Shown here piece after piece: positions 1-9,760 of a stretch of DNA of 64,000 nt. The stretch covers positions 7,480 to 71,479 of the forward strand of contig JAIBAI010000007.1 of assembly GCA_019695235.1 (NCBI GenBank). Direction: 5' to 3'. The translations under genes were made by a program, and so were the position numbers. Position 1 is the first letter of the stretch; each line of letters starts with the position of its first letter. The notes beneath the pieces were generated by a model that did not search any database, was not told the DNA's origin, and saw only the letters and a list, made by a program, of their open reading frames with translations. The DNA comes from Bacteroidia bacterium. GTDB taxonomy: Bacteria > Bacteroidota > Bacteroidia > M30B66.

Positions 1-310
1 GGATGGTACTACATTGTACTTATCGTTGGCATCAGTGTTTGTGGCGCAGGCCTGTGGTATCGAATTAACGCTTGCTCAACAGATTCAAATGTGTCTTATT
101 CTGATGCTGACAAGTAAAGGGGTGGCCGGGGTACGGGGAGCATCTTTCCTGATTCTGGTCAGTACAGTTACCTCTCTTGGTCTTGATCCGCAGAAAGCGT
201 TTGCGATTCTGGCTATTGACGCCTTGATGGATATGGGCCGCACTTCTGTAAACGTCATCGGCAACTGCCTTGCTGCATTTGTAGTTGCCAGATGGGAGAA
301 AGAAATATGA
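1..310 (+). CDS. dicarboxylate/amino acid:cation symporter (SDF/GltP-DctA family), C-terminal fragment; the 5' end lies outside the window
   Basis: The ORF is open to the window start. The C-terminal motif DMGRTSVNVIGNCLAAFVVARWE matches the conserved D-x3-T-x2-NVxG region of sodium:dicarboxylate symporters. The stop is TGA at 308-310. Confidence 0.65.
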   Translation, partial: DGTTLYLSLASVFVAQACGIELTLAQQIQMCLILMLTSKGVAGVRGASFLILVSTVTSLGLDPQKAFAILAIDALMDMGRTSVNVIGNCLAAFVVARWEKEI

Positions 311-353
311 CCTTTTTACTCAACAAAAATATTTGTCTATCGTGCGAAAAATA

Positions 354-2633
354 ATGAGGCATTTAATCTTCCAATTAGTATTAATCAGTGTAACTTGTAG
401 TGTTTATGGCCAGCATGAGCGATGCGGCACAGTTGAATACAACCGGCGCATGCAAACAATGTATCCGGAATTTAAACAGGCATCTGAGCAAATAGAACAA
501 TATATCGCCCAGTATCAGGAAGGAGGTGAAACTTCTCGTGCATTAATTACCATCCCTGTTGTTTTTCATGTTTTATATAAGGTGAACATGAACAATATTT
601 CTGATGCGCAAGTTTTGTCGCAATTAGATGTGCTTAATGAAGATTTTAGAAAGTTGAATCAAAATTTCGAAACAAATACCCCTGCAGTATTTAAGCCATT
701 GGGGGTAGATACAGAGATAGAGTTTTGCCTTGCCAAAACAGACCCGCAGGGGAATCCAACAACCGGAATTACCAGAAAGCAAACAACAGTTTCTCCTTTT
801 TCGATTGACAAGAACGACATGAAGTTTGATTCAACCGGAGGTACCAATGCATGGCCGCGAGATCGCTATTTGAATATCTGGATATGTGAGTTGGAAAGTC
901 CGCTGTTGGGTTATGCACAATTTCCGGGAGGCCTGGCGGCTACCGATGGTGTTGTGTTGCATTACAGGGTAGTGGGGCGTGCACCGGCAAACCCGTACCA
1001 AACTGCCCATAATCAGGGGCGTACAGCCACGCATGAGGTGGGACACTGGTTGCAACTATATCATATTTGGGGTTCAGAGGAATCTGGTTGCGAAGACTCT
1101 GATCAAGTGGAGGATACTCCCAACCAGGACAAAGCCAACTTTGGGTGCCCGAGCTTTCCATCAATAACTTGTGGGAATAGTCCGAACGGCGACATGTATA
1201 TGAATTTCATGGATTATACAGATGATATCTGCCATACCATGTTTACTCCAGGCCAAAAGCATCGCATGCGGGCACTTTTTGGGGTAGGAGGAGCCAGGGC
1301 TTCACTCATTGCCTCTACAGTGTGTTATACAGGAGTGGAGCCAGTCAGTGATTGTGCAGATACCTTGCGTTATCCCTTTACCGGAACTTATACCTTGTAT
1401 GAGGTATCATCACCCGGTGCCGGGTATGTTGCAGGTACAAGCAGTTTGAATGACAAAGCCAAAGCAGAATTTTTCTCAGCATCTGGCGTAGGCCGGCAGT
1501 TAAAGGGGGCATGGTTTGATTTCGCGGTTGCCAAACAAGGGAGTGCTCCGGCAGGCACACAGGTTCAGTTTAAAGCCTGGAGTAATACGGGTACAGGCCA
1601 GACACCCGGCCAGGTTGTTGGAACTGCTGCGGTGCCATTGTCGCAAATAATTGCTGATGTTGCCAATTCGCGAAGCACCGAGGTTATGTTTGAACAGCCT
1701 GTTGAATTTGGCAATGGGTTTTATATTGGTTTTGAACTGCCTGTGAGCCCTGGTTACGAGCTTGCCTTATATACCAACGAAAACGGACAGAGCACACCGG
1801 GTACTGCCTGGGAAAAAACCAACAGTGGTCAATGGTTGCCCTATTCAGCAGCCAACAGCTGGGGTCTTGAGGTAGCTCATGCGGTGTTTCCATTTATAGA
1901 GGTACCTGATTTGCTTTCTAAATTTAGTGTAACCGATAGTAGTATCTGTAAGGGACAGACGGTACAATTCAGGGCACTGGATAAAGCCAATTATTATCAT
2001 TGGGAATTTGAGGGAGGCAATATTACAGCAGCTGACACAGCGGTGGTGAATGTTCAATACAGCAACACAGGGGGCTATTCGGTAGAACTTCATGTTGCAT
2101 CGCACTGTTTCAGTGATACTATAAAGAAAAGTTTTGCGCAATTTATCACTGTGAATCCGAACCCGCCCATACCGTTTCTTGAGTTTGACGGAGTGAAATT
2201 GGTGTCAACCGTAACCAACGGGCAATTCAAATGGTACAGAAACAATAATGTGATTGCAGGTGCAGAACAGTCTTTTTACGTACCTCAACAAAACGGCATT
2301 TATAGGGTTACGGTGACACAGTCAGGTTGTAGTTCTACATCAGCACCTTTTGACATCGAAGGGGTTGGTATAGCATCAGTGGGTTCAGAAAGGCAGTTCA
2401 TTTACCCCAATCCGACCAGTGGGCAAGTTTATTTGAGTGGGTTGAAAAATGAAGATTGTGTGATAAGTATCCTTGATGCCGGAGGAAAGCAAGTTTATAT
2501 AAAAGAACTGGAAGGCGTTAAAGAACAAGAGGAGCACTTTTTCGATCTTGGTTTCCTTGAGAGCGGGGTGTACTTTGTAAGGTTGAGTACTAAAAGTATG
2601 CAAGTACATCAACGTCTGGTACTTATCAGATAA
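354..2633 (+). CDS. M43 family (pappalysin/cytophagalysin-like) zinc metalloprotease with a PKD-like domain and a T9SS C-terminal sorting domain
   Basis: The ORF track starts at TTG 285. I chose ATG 354, which gives the signal peptide MRHLIFQLVLISVTCSVYGQ. The zinc site is HEVGHWLQLYH (HExxHxxGxxH). There is a PKD-like beta-sandwich segment. The C-terminal ~80 aa (FIYPNPTSGQVYLSGL...GVYFVRLS) resemble a Por/T9SS CTD. Confidence 0.8.
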   Translation: MRHLIFQLVLISVTCSVYGQHERCGTVEYNRRMQTMYPEFKQASEQIEQYIAQYQEGGETSRALITIPVVFHVLYKVNMNNISDAQVLSQLDVLNEDFRKLNQNFETNTPAVFKPLGVDTEIEFCLAKTDPQGNPTTGITRKQTTVSPFSIDKNDMKFDSTGGTNAWPRDRYLNIWICELESPLLGYAQFPGGLAATDGVVLHYRVVGRAPANPYQTAHNQGRTATHEVGHWLQLYHIWGSEESGCEDSDQVEDTPNQDKANFGCPSFPSITCGNSPNGDMYMNFMDYTDDICHTMFTPGQKHRMRALFGVGGARASLIASTVCYTGVEPVSDCADTLRYPFTGTYTLYEVSSPGAGYVAGTSSLNDKAKAEFFSASGVGRQLKGAWFDFAVAKQGSAPAGTQVQFKAWSNTGTGQTPGQVVGTAAVPLSQIIADVANSRSTEVMFEQPVEFGNGFYIGFELPVSPGYELALYTNENGQSTPGTAWEKTNSGQWLPYSAANSWGLEVAHAVFPFIEVPDLLSKFSVTDSSICKGQTVQFRALDKANYYHWEFEGGNITAADTAVVNVQYSNTGGYSVELHVASHCFSDTIKKSFAQFITVNPNPPIPFLEFDGVKLVSTVTNGQFKWYRNNNVIAGAEQSFYVPQQNGIYRVTVTQSGCSSTSAPFDIEGVGIASVGSERQFIYPNPTSGQVYLSGLKNEDCVISILDAGGKQVYIKELEGVKEQEEHFFDLGFLESGVYFVRLSTKSMQVHQRLVLIR

Positions 2634-3685
2634 TGAGGCTTATTGTCATCCTTCTGTTTTATTGTGTGTTTGGCCTTATTCAAACCGGGCATGGAGCTGA
2701 AATGACAATGGATGAAGTGGATACCCTGTATATCCGATCGTTTCGACGTCATCCTCATTTGACCTTTGAGTTTGCCCGGAAGCGTCAATCAATTGACATT
2801 CGCAATCCACTCAACGAGCAAACCCATATCAGGTATATGCCGAACAGTCTGTTTAATTTTATCGGCAGTTTTGATTATCGTTGGTTAAGTCTGTCGTTGG
2901 GCTTAATGAAGGTAAAAGCAGATCCGCAAAACGGCCTGACCAAGCAATTTTCGTTTCGTGCGAGTTTCAATGGCAAGCGAATTTGGAATACCAATTTCTT
3001 GCAATATTACCAGGGCTTTTATTTGCAGAATCCCGATCAGATTGACCCCAGTGGGGCATTAGGTAAGAGCCCAGTGCGTTTACGGCCGGACATGAACAGC
3101 ATTACCCTATTTAGCAATATAGCTTATTGTTTTAACCCTGATAGATTCTCTTACAGGGCAGCATTGTGGCAGTTAGACAGGCAGGAGAAATCGGCAGGTA
3201 GTTTTGTATTAGGGGCATCTTATAGATTGAATATTTTGATTAGTGATTCCTCTATTGGGCTTGTTCCGGCTAATATAAAGTCTGAATTTTCAAAAGACCA
3301 GTTACTGGTAAGTCAGCGTTTGTCGAATCTTACGTTACATGGGGGTTACATCTATACATTTGTATTAAAGAAGTATTGGTTTTTTACAGTTTACTTACTG
3401 CCCGGTATTTCAAATCAAGGAGGGGCTTATTTACCCGAAGACGGTTTGTTGCGAAAGTTCTCTAATCGTTGGGTGCTGGCAAATGAATTCAGGTTTATAG
3501 CCGGCTACAATACAGATACGTGGTTTACGGGAATTTCGACGCATAATTTAACCTTTTCCGGCAACAGGCAGTCGGATGTTTGGGTGGATAATAATTATAC
3601 CTGGTTCAGGTTATTTGCAGGATTCAGGTTCAAAGCTCCCGGGAAAAAGAAGCATTCATTCTGGAAAATTTTTGAAGGGAAATAA
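2633..3685 (+). CDS. hypothetical secreted protein, predicted outer-membrane beta-barrel (possibly DUF4421-like)
   Basis: The ATG overlaps the upstream stop by 1 nt. The protein has an N-terminal signal-like segment and many alternating hydrophobic beta-strand segments (SFVLGASYRLN, LTLHGGYIYTFVL, WVLANEFRFIAGY, TWFRLFAGFRF). The family assignment is from memory only. Confidence 0.5.
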   Translation: MRLIVILLFYCVFGLIQTGHGAEMTMDEVDTLYIRSFRRHPHLTFEFARKRQSIDIRNPLNEQTHIRYMPNSLFNFIGSFDYRWLSLSLGLMKVKADPQNGLTKQFSFRASFNGKRIWNTNFLQYYQGFYLQNPDQIDPSGALGKSPVRLRPDMNSITLFSNIAYCFNPDRFSYRAALWQLDRQEKSAGSFVLGASYRLNILISDSSIGLVPANIKSEFSKDQLLVSQRLSNLTLHGGYIYTFVLKKYWFFTVYLLPGISNQGGAYLPEDGLLRKFSNRWVLANEFRFIAGYNTDTWFTGISTHNLTFSGNRQSDVWVDNNYTWFRLFAGFRFKAPGKKKHSFWKIFEGK

Positions 3686-3740
3686 AAATGGGGCATTGCA
3701 TGGTTAAGATTTGTAATTTAGAATCTGAAAAAGACAAGCC

Positions 3741-5099
3741 ATGCAATCACAGCCAGCACTAAAAGCCAGTACAGAAGAAGCACTTTTAAACAATCTACGG
3801 CACACCATTTTTTCGTGGAGCAAGCAATCGGGATTAAATCCACCATTAATAAAACATGGGAAAGGAGTTTTTTTCTGGGATTCATCCGGCAAGCGTTACC
3901 TTGATTTTTCTTCTCAATTAATGAATGTCAACATTGGTCACGGACATCCGGCCATTGCAGATGCCGTAGCCAAACAGATGAGTGAAATAAGTTATGTTAC
4001 TCCTTCGATGGTTACGGAGGCCAGAGGGAAACTAGGCCGGAAGCTGGCAGAAATTACGCCCGGCAGTTTGAACCGGACTTTTTTTACCAATGGGGGTACA
4101 GAGGCGATTGAGCATGCTATCAAACTGGCAAGGTTATATACCGGGCGTCACAAGATTATAACACTTTACCAAAGTTACCATGGTGCAACTTATGGGGCTT
4201 TGTCGGCAGGTGGTGACCCACGTGGTCTGGCCCATGATCACCAGGGGGTTCCGAATATTATTCACGTTGAAAACCCGTATTTTTATCGTTGTCCGTGGAA
4301 AAGTGCAAGCCCCGAGGATTGTGCAGAAAATGCAGCTGCCCATTTGGAACGTGTGGTTAAATATGAAGGGCCTCAGCACATAGCTGCGATTTTGATGGAA
4401 GGTGAAAGTGGTTCGTCGGGCTGTATAAAATTTCCACCCGGGTACTGGAGGATGGTAAAAGAAATTGCTGACCGTTATGGCATTCTCACCATTTGTGATG
4501 AGGTGATGAGTGGCTTTGGCCGGACTGGCAAATGGTTTGGCATTGAGCACCATCAGGTAGAGCCTGATATTATTTGTATGGCCAAGGGGATTACAAGTGG
4601 TTATATACCTTTGGGAGGGTTGATTGTTAAGGAAGAGATCGTGAGGGCTTTTGATGATAAAGCCCTGCCGATTGGTTTGACCTATTCGGCACATGCAGTT
4701 TCATGTGCGGCGGCAAATGCAGTGATAGAGGTATATGAAAAAGAGAACCTCATTGAAAATGCAGCCAGCATGGGTAAATATATTGACGAGCGGATGGCTG
4801 TATTGGCTGAGAAGCATCCGGCAATTGGAGATTTTAGAAACACCGGTTTGTTGGGTTGTGTAGAGTTAGTTAAAAACCGGAAGTCAAAAGAGCCAATGGC
4901 CCCCTGGAATGCAACTGCATCAGAAATGGAAATCATGAACAAGGTGGCAGCAAAAATCAATGCCCTTGGAATGTTCACTTTTGTTAGGTGGAACTGGATA
5001 TTTATCGCACCACCGTTGTGTATCAATAAAGATGAAATTGATGAAGGTCTTGAAATTATTTCAAGGGCTATTGCTATTGCAGATGAATACTGTAATTGA
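3741..5099 (+). CDS. class III (omega) PLP-dependent aminotransferase, aspartate aminotransferase-fold family
   Basis: Motifs GHGHPAIADAV, DEVMSGFGRTGKWFG and a conserved Lys (CMAKGITSG) are typical of the beta-alanine/taurine/GABA-pyruvate transaminase class. Confidence 0.8.
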   Translation: MQSQPALKASTEEALLNNLRHTIFSWSKQSGLNPPLIKHGKGVFFWDSSGKRYLDFSSQLMNVNIGHGHPAIADAVAKQMSEISYVTPSMVTEARGKLGRKLAEITPGSLNRTFFTNGGTEAIEHAIKLARLYTGRHKIITLYQSYHGATYGALSAGGDPRGLAHDHQGVPNIIHVENPYFYRCPWKSASPEDCAENAAAHLERVVKYEGPQHIAAILMEGESGSSGCIKFPPGYWRMVKEIADRYGILTICDEVMSGFGRTGKWFGIEHHQVEPDIICMAKGITSGYIPLGGLIVKEEIVRAFDDKALPIGLTYSAHAVSCAAANAVIEVYEKENLIENAASMGKYIDERMAVLAEKHPAIGDFRNTGLLGCVELVKNRKSKEPMAPWNATASEMEIMNKVAAKINALGMFTFVRWNWIFIAPPLCINKDEIDEGLEIISRAIAIADEYCN

Positions 5100-5188
5100 A
5101 TGAAAAATATTCAAATTCAATGGGAATTAATAATGCAGGAATTTAATTAGCCTGGTTGTAAAACAAAACCGTCTTATGTCCTGTTTTA

Positions 5189-5995
5189 ATGATATTAATA
5201 ATTCATTTTAATTATGTGGTAATGGAAAATTATGAAACAGCCGCCGAAGCCTTAAATGGACTTCATTCAAAAGGTTATACGATGGATTTTTCCATTTTAC
5301 AGGATCAGGATTGCATTTATTGTCATGGAAGCAGTCATGCGCTAAGTGCCGATGAGTTTATGATTGATGAGGTTTATCGGTTTGAAGGGGATTCTGACCC
5401 TGGTGATGAAATGATTGTGTATGCGATATCATCGGAGAAGTTTCAGATTCGTGGCACCCTTTTCAATGCATTTGGGCTTTATGCCGACAGTAATGCCACA
5501 AAGCTGGTTGAGAAATTAAGATATCGGCCATCATTAAAAAGAAAGCCTATCAAAAGGGCAGATGGTTTGATAAAGCTAAGCCGCGAGCACCATCATGCAT
5601 TATTGCTTTGCTGGAAGATAAAGCAGGGGCTTGCAAAAGGCATTGCTTTAAGTAGAATTGCTGCATATACAGATTGGTTTTATAAAAATTACCTTTTACA
5701 GCATTTTAGGTCAGAGGAACAGCATGTTTTTCCATTATTAGATAAGAACAATCCGGATTTAATACTTGCCATTGACCAGCATAGCAAACTAAAGACACTG
5801 TTTGAAAAGGACGAAAAGAGTAAAGAAGATTTAGTACAAATTCAGGTGCTTTTAGGAGAACACATTCGGTTTGAAGAGCGTATATTATTCAATGTGCTTC
5901 AGAGTCAGGTGACATCAGAAATACTGACTTCAATAAAAGATATAGCACACAAGGATAAGTTTATTGACAATGAAACCGATGCTTTTTGGAAATGA
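5189..5995 (+). CDS. hypothetical two-domain protein with a C-terminal hemerythrin-like (HHE cation-binding) domain
   Basis: The C-terminal half (LSREHHHALLLCW...EEQHVFPLL...HSKLKTLFE...GEHIRFEERILF) carries the H/E spacing of hemerythrin-like domains. The N-terminal ~120 aa are unassigned. An alternative start is ATG 5222. The stop overlaps the ndh start (ATGA). Confidence 0.6.
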   Translation: MILIIHFNYVVMENYETAAEALNGLHSKGYTMDFSILQDQDCIYCHGSSHALSADEFMIDEVYRFEGDSDPGDEMIVYAISSEKFQIRGTLFNAFGLYADSNATKLVEKLRYRPSLKRKPIKRADGLIKLSREHHHALLLCWKIKQGLAKGIALSRIAAYTDWFYKNYLLQHFRSEEQHVFPLLDKNNPDLILAIDQHSKLKTLFEKDEKSKEDLVQIQVLLGEHIRFEERILFNVLQSQVTSEILTSIKDIAHKDKFIDNETDAFWK

Positions 5996-7260
5996 AAAAA
6001 AAGCTGTTGATAATCGGTGGAGGCTTTGCCGGTTTACAACTGGCTAAAAAGATTGATAAGGGTAATTTTGAGGTAGTACTGATTGACCGGTTGAATCACC
6101 ATCAGTTTCAACCATTATTTTATCAGGTAGCCACTTCGCAAATAGAGCCTTCGAGCATATCTTTTCCGTTAAGGCATATTTTCAACCGTACTAGGGACGT
6201 CCAAATCAGGATGGCCGACGTGTTGAATATTTCACCAGAAGGTGGTTTTGCAGAAACCACGGTTGGGAGGTTTGAGTATGATTATTTAGTGATTGCAACG
6301 GGCTGTAAAACTAATTTCTTCAAAAATGAAGAGATTGAACGAAACGCTTTTGCGCTAAAAACTACTTACGATGCGATTGCGATCAGGAACCATATTCTGA
6401 AAGTTTTTGAGAAGGCTATCAGTGCTACAGAGAGTCAGAAGCAACACCTACTTAATTTGATTATTGTTGGGGCCGGACCGACCGGAGTTGAACTTGCCGG
6501 TGCTTTTGCAGAGATAAAAAAGGAGATTCTGCCCAAGGATTATCCGGGGATTGACTTTTCAAGGTTTACGATTTATTTGGTAGAAGGGGGTAAGGGTACT
6601 TTGAACAATATGAGTGAACTAGCCCAGCGAACCTCGCAAAAGGTGCTTGAAAAAATGGGAGTTAAGGTGATTACTGAAACTTTTGTAAAAAACTATAACG
6701 GGTACACTGCAGAGCTCTCGAATGGGCAGAAGGTTCAATCGGCAACTGTAATATGGGCAGCCGGTGTTATGGGTAATAAAATCAGTGGTTTTGACAATAC
6801 CCTTTGGGTAGCAAATAACCGGATAAAAGTGAATCGTTATAATCAGGTAGAAGGGTATGAAAATATTTTTGCACTTGGAGATATTGCTTATATGGAAACT
6901 GAACGCTATCCGAAGGCGCATCCGCAGGTGGCCAATGTGGCGATAAATCAGGCAAGGCTACTTGCAAAAAACCTGAAGGGCATACTCGCGGGCAAAAAGC
7001 TTCAAGAATACGAATACAAAGATTATGGAACAATGGCAACTATTGGGCGTAATAAGGCCGTTGTAGATTTACCATTTATCAGATTTGCAGGTTATCCGGC
7101 ATGGGTTGTTTGGATGTTTCTGCATTTGATGCTTATTTTATCAGTGCGGAACAAGTTGATTATTTTTATCAACTGGGCATGGAGTTATCTTACCAAAGAC
7201 AGTTCTCTGCGGTTGATTTTAACGCCAGCTAGGGCAGCAGACAAGATTTCTGATGGCTGA
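5992..7260 (+). CDS. ndh: type II NADH dehydrogenase (NDH-2), NAD(P)/FAD-dependent oxidoreductase
   Basis: The N-terminus is KKLLIIGGGFAGLQLAKK (GxGxxG). A second dinucleotide fold is IVGAGPTGVELAG. The ATG at 5992 overlaps the upstream stop (ATGA); the ORF-track TTG at 5986 was rejected. Confidence 0.8.
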   Translation: MKKKLLIIGGGFAGLQLAKKIDKGNFEVVLIDRLNHHQFQPLFYQVATSQIEPSSISFPLRHIFNRTRDVQIRMADVLNISPEGGFAETTVGRFEYDYLVIATGCKTNFFKNEEIERNAFALKTTYDAIAIRNHILKVFEKAISATESQKQHLLNLIIVGAGPTGVELAGAFAEIKKEILPKDYPGIDFSRFTIYLVEGGKGTLNNMSELAQRTSQKVLEKMGVKVITETFVKNYNGYTAELSNGQKVQSATVIWAAGVMGNKISGFDNTLWVANNRIKVNRYNQVEGYENIFALGDIAYMETERYPKAHPQVANVAINQARLLAKNLKGILAGKKLQEYEYKDYGTMATIGRNKAVVDLPFIRFAGYPAWVVWMFLHLMLILSVRNKLIIFINWAWSYLTKDSSLRLILTPARAADKISDG

Positions 7261-7379
7261 AGTGACTAATTAGGCAATCAATGGCGAATTTGCTGAAAGA
7301 ATAGTGCTTAATGGATGTGGGTGCCGTATCAGATTGATAGTCAATGTAATGCGATTTCGTGGTTAACGAAATGATTTTG

Positions 7380-7387
7380 TAAGTTTG
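7380..7387 (+). promoter_or_regulatory. candidate Bacteroidota -7 promoter element (TAAGTTTG matches TAnnTTTG) upstream of rfbF
   Basis: The sequence TAAGTTTG lies 38 nt upstream of the ATG at 7425. This is a motif match only. Confidence 0.3.
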
Positions 7388-7424
7388 CCTCGCGAGAACG
7401 TACGCAAAGCATTAGAATAGCAAT

Positions 7425-8201
7425 ATGAAGACAGTGATTTTTGCAGGGGGCTTAGGAACGAGGATTTCCGAGGAGTCGGTATTGAAGCCCAAGCCCATGA
7501 TTGAAATAGGAGGAAAGCCTATCATCTGGCATATTATGAAAATTTATGCGGCGCAGGGTTTTCATGATTTTGTGGTTTGTTTGGGTTATAAGGGAGAAAT
7601 AATCAAAGATTATTTTCTGAATTATTACATGAATAATTCAGACTTAACTGTGCATATTGGGAACAATAAAGTGGAGGTACACCAGGAGAATTCAGAGAAT
7701 TTCAACATTACACTGGTAGATACTGGTTTGCATACGAATACTGCTGGCCGTTTAAAAAGAGTGCAGCAATACGTAGGCAATGAGCCCTTCATGCTTACCT
7801 ATGGCGATGGCGTTGCAGACATTGATTTGCATAAGCTTATTGCTTTTCATAAATCAGGAGGCAAGTTGGCAACGCTCACTTCTGTGAGGAATGCCAGCAG
7901 GTTTGGGGAGTTGGACACAGATGAGCAGCACGTAGTCAAGAGTTTTCGTGAGAAATCTGAGAATGATTTAAGTTGGATTAATGGGGGCTTTTTCGTGTTA
8001 GAGCCTGGGGTGTTTAAATACCTTGAGGGTGATATGACTGATGTGCAATGGGAGCGCAAACCCCTTACAGATATAGCCCATGCCGGGCAGTTAACCGCCT
8101 ATCAGCATACAGGTTTCTGGAAATGTATGGATGCCTTACGTGATAAGACCGAGCTGGAAGAACTGTGGAATAGCGGGAATGCAAAATGGAAAAACTGGTA
8201 A
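7425..8201 (+). CDS. rfbF: glucose-1-phosphate cytidylyltransferase
   Basis: The N-terminus MKTVIFAGGLGTRISEES...KPKPMIEIGGKPIIWHIMKIY and the overall 258-aa architecture are diagnostic of RfbF/DdhA. Confidence 0.85.
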   Translation: MKTVIFAGGLGTRISEESVLKPKPMIEIGGKPIIWHIMKIYAAQGFHDFVVCLGYKGEIIKDYFLNYYMNNSDLTVHIGNNKVEVHQENSENFNITLVDTGLHTNTAGRLKRVQQYVGNEPFMLTYGDGVADIDLHKLIAFHKSGGKLATLTSVRNASRFGELDTDEQHVVKSFREKSENDLSWINGGFFVLEPGVFKYLEGDMTDVQWERKPLTDIAHAGQLTAYQHTGFWKCMDALRDKTELEELWNSGNAKWKNW

Positions 8202-8210
8202 ATTAATTTT

Positions 8211-9212
8211 ATGAAATATTTTGTCACCGGGCACCTAGGTTATATTGGTGTGCATCTTGTGAGGCAGTTAAAAGAAGCCGGTCATCAGGTTACAGGCTGT
8301 GATCTCAATTTGTTTGATGGTTGTGCATTTGATAATATTGTAAAACCAGACAAAGAGATACTCGGAGATTTCAGAAAGCTGAAGGCAGATGATCTGAAGG
8401 GCTATGATTGTGTTATGCACCTTGCTGCAATTTCGAACGACCCGATGGGTGATTTGAATGAGCAATTAACATACGACATTAATCTGGATGGTTCGGTACA
8501 GCTGGCAAAATTGGCGAAACAAGCCGGGGTGCCCAAGTTTCTGTTTTCAGGAAGTTGTTCTGTTTATGGTAAAGGAGCAAAGCTTGATTTAGCTGAAGGT
8601 GATGCACTGAATCCTGTTTCGGCTTATGCAGTATCCAAAGTGAGGGTAGAGGAGGAGTTAAGCAAATTAGCAGATGCCAACTTTATACCTGTTTATTTGC
8701 GTAATGCAACAGCGTACGGGTATTCTCCAATGCTTCGGATTGATTTGGTGGTTAATAATTTGTTGGCTTGTGCCCATGCCCGTGGCGACATTCGGATTAT
8801 GAGTGATGGCAGCCCCTGGAGGCCGCTGGTTCATTGTAGCGACATTGCAAAGGCCTTTGTGTACATTGCCAAAGCTGATGAAAAAAAAGTAGCCAATCGG
8901 GCAATTAATATTGGAGGCAATGCAGAGAATTATCAGGTGAAAGAAATTGGGGATATGATTCAGCAACTTATGCCGGATTGTAGTATTGTTTATACCGGTG
9001 AGGCAGGTGCTGACCCACGGGACTATCGTGTGAAATTTGATTTGCTGACTGAATTAGTTCCTGAGTTCTCTTTAGATTACACACTAAAGGCAGGAATAGA
9101 AGAATTGCACCGGCATTTCTTAAAACAACGTTTTAGTCTTGACGATTTCAATGCAGATAAGTATGTACGTCTGCGTGTGTTAAAGCATAAACTTAATCTT
9201 CTTGCATTATGA
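8211..9212 (+). CDS. NAD-dependent epimerase/dehydratase (extended SDR); candidate NDP-hexose 4,6-dehydratase of the cassette
   Basis: The Rossmann N-terminus is VTGHLGYIGVHLV and the catalytic motif is YAVSK (YxxxK). It does not resemble canonical DdhB, so the substrate assignment is inference. Confidence 0.7.
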   Translation: MKYFVTGHLGYIGVHLVRQLKEAGHQVTGCDLNLFDGCAFDNIVKPDKEILGDFRKLKADDLKGYDCVMHLAAISNDPMGDLNEQLTYDINLDGSVQLAKLAKQAGVPKFLFSGSCSVYGKGAKLDLAEGDALNPVSAYAVSKVRVEEELSKLADANFIPVYLRNATAYGYSPMLRIDLVVNNLLACAHARGDIRIMSDGSPWRPLVHCSDIAKAFVYIAKADEKKVANRAINIGGNAENYQVKEIGDMIQQLMPDCSIVYTGEAGADPRDYRVKFDLLTELVPEFSLDYTLKAGIEELHRHFLKQRFSLDDFNADKYVRLRVLKHKLNLLAL

Positions 9213-9754
9213 AATTTATTGAAACACCTTTAAAGGGGGCTTATACCATTGAATTAGAAAAACGCGGTGATGACCGCGGATTTTTTGCACGTGCATTTTG
9301 TGTAAATGAATTCGAAAATGCAGGGCTTGATAAATCAGTTGTTCAAATTAACAATTCACTTAGTGCAATAAAGGGCACTTTACGAGGCATGCACTTTCAG
9401 TTGGCTCCAAAATCAGAGACAAAGATTGTTCGTTGTATCAGAGGTTCATTATTTGATGTGATTGTAGATTTGCGCCGTAACTCACCTACTTTTCTAAAAT
9501 GGTTTGGTGCGGAACTAAGTGCAGAAAACCGTGTGGCGATGTATGTTCCCAAGGGATTTGCACATGGGTTTTTGACCTTAGAAAAAGACACGGAGGCCTT
9601 TTATTTAGTAACTGAGTTTTATGCTCCTGAACTTGAGCGTGGTATCAGATATAATGACCCTGCAATCGGCATTCAGTGGCCGTTTGAACCAAGCCTGATA
9701 TCAGATAAAGACCTGCAGCATGCAGATGTAAATGATTCGCTTTACTTTGATTAA
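9209..9754 (+). CDS. dTDP-4-dehydrorhamnose 3,5-epimerase-like cupin (RmlC family NDP-sugar 3,5-epimerase)
   Basis: It is a 181-aa cupin. Its N-terminus MKFIETPLKGAYTIELEKRGDDRGFFARAF is RmlC-like. There is a 4-nt overlap with the upstream gene. Confidence 0.75.
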   Translation: MKFIETPLKGAYTIELEKRGDDRGFFARAFCVNEFENAGLDKSVVQINNSLSAIKGTLRGMHFQLAPKSETKIVRCIRGSLFDVIVDLRRNSPTFLKWFGAELSAENRVAMYVPKGFAHGFLTLEKDTEAFYLVTEFYAPELERGIRYNDPAIGIQWPFEPSLISDKDLQHADVNDSLYFD

Positions 9755-9760
9755 GAAAGC

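Noticed and set aside
285-353. The ORF-track N-terminal extensions using TTG at 285, 15666, 23371, 42534 and 39840
   Set aside because: A downstream ATG gives a proper signal peptide or a conserved N-terminus (MRHLIF..., MEIPKQY, MSDQIKHECG, MTKVQSK, MSNISS) and fits the stop/start overlaps of neighbouring genes.
4134-4694. A 186-aa minus-strand ORF overlapping the class III aminotransferase gene
   Set aside because: It is fully embedded antisense to a gene with strong motif support, so it is a shadow ORF.
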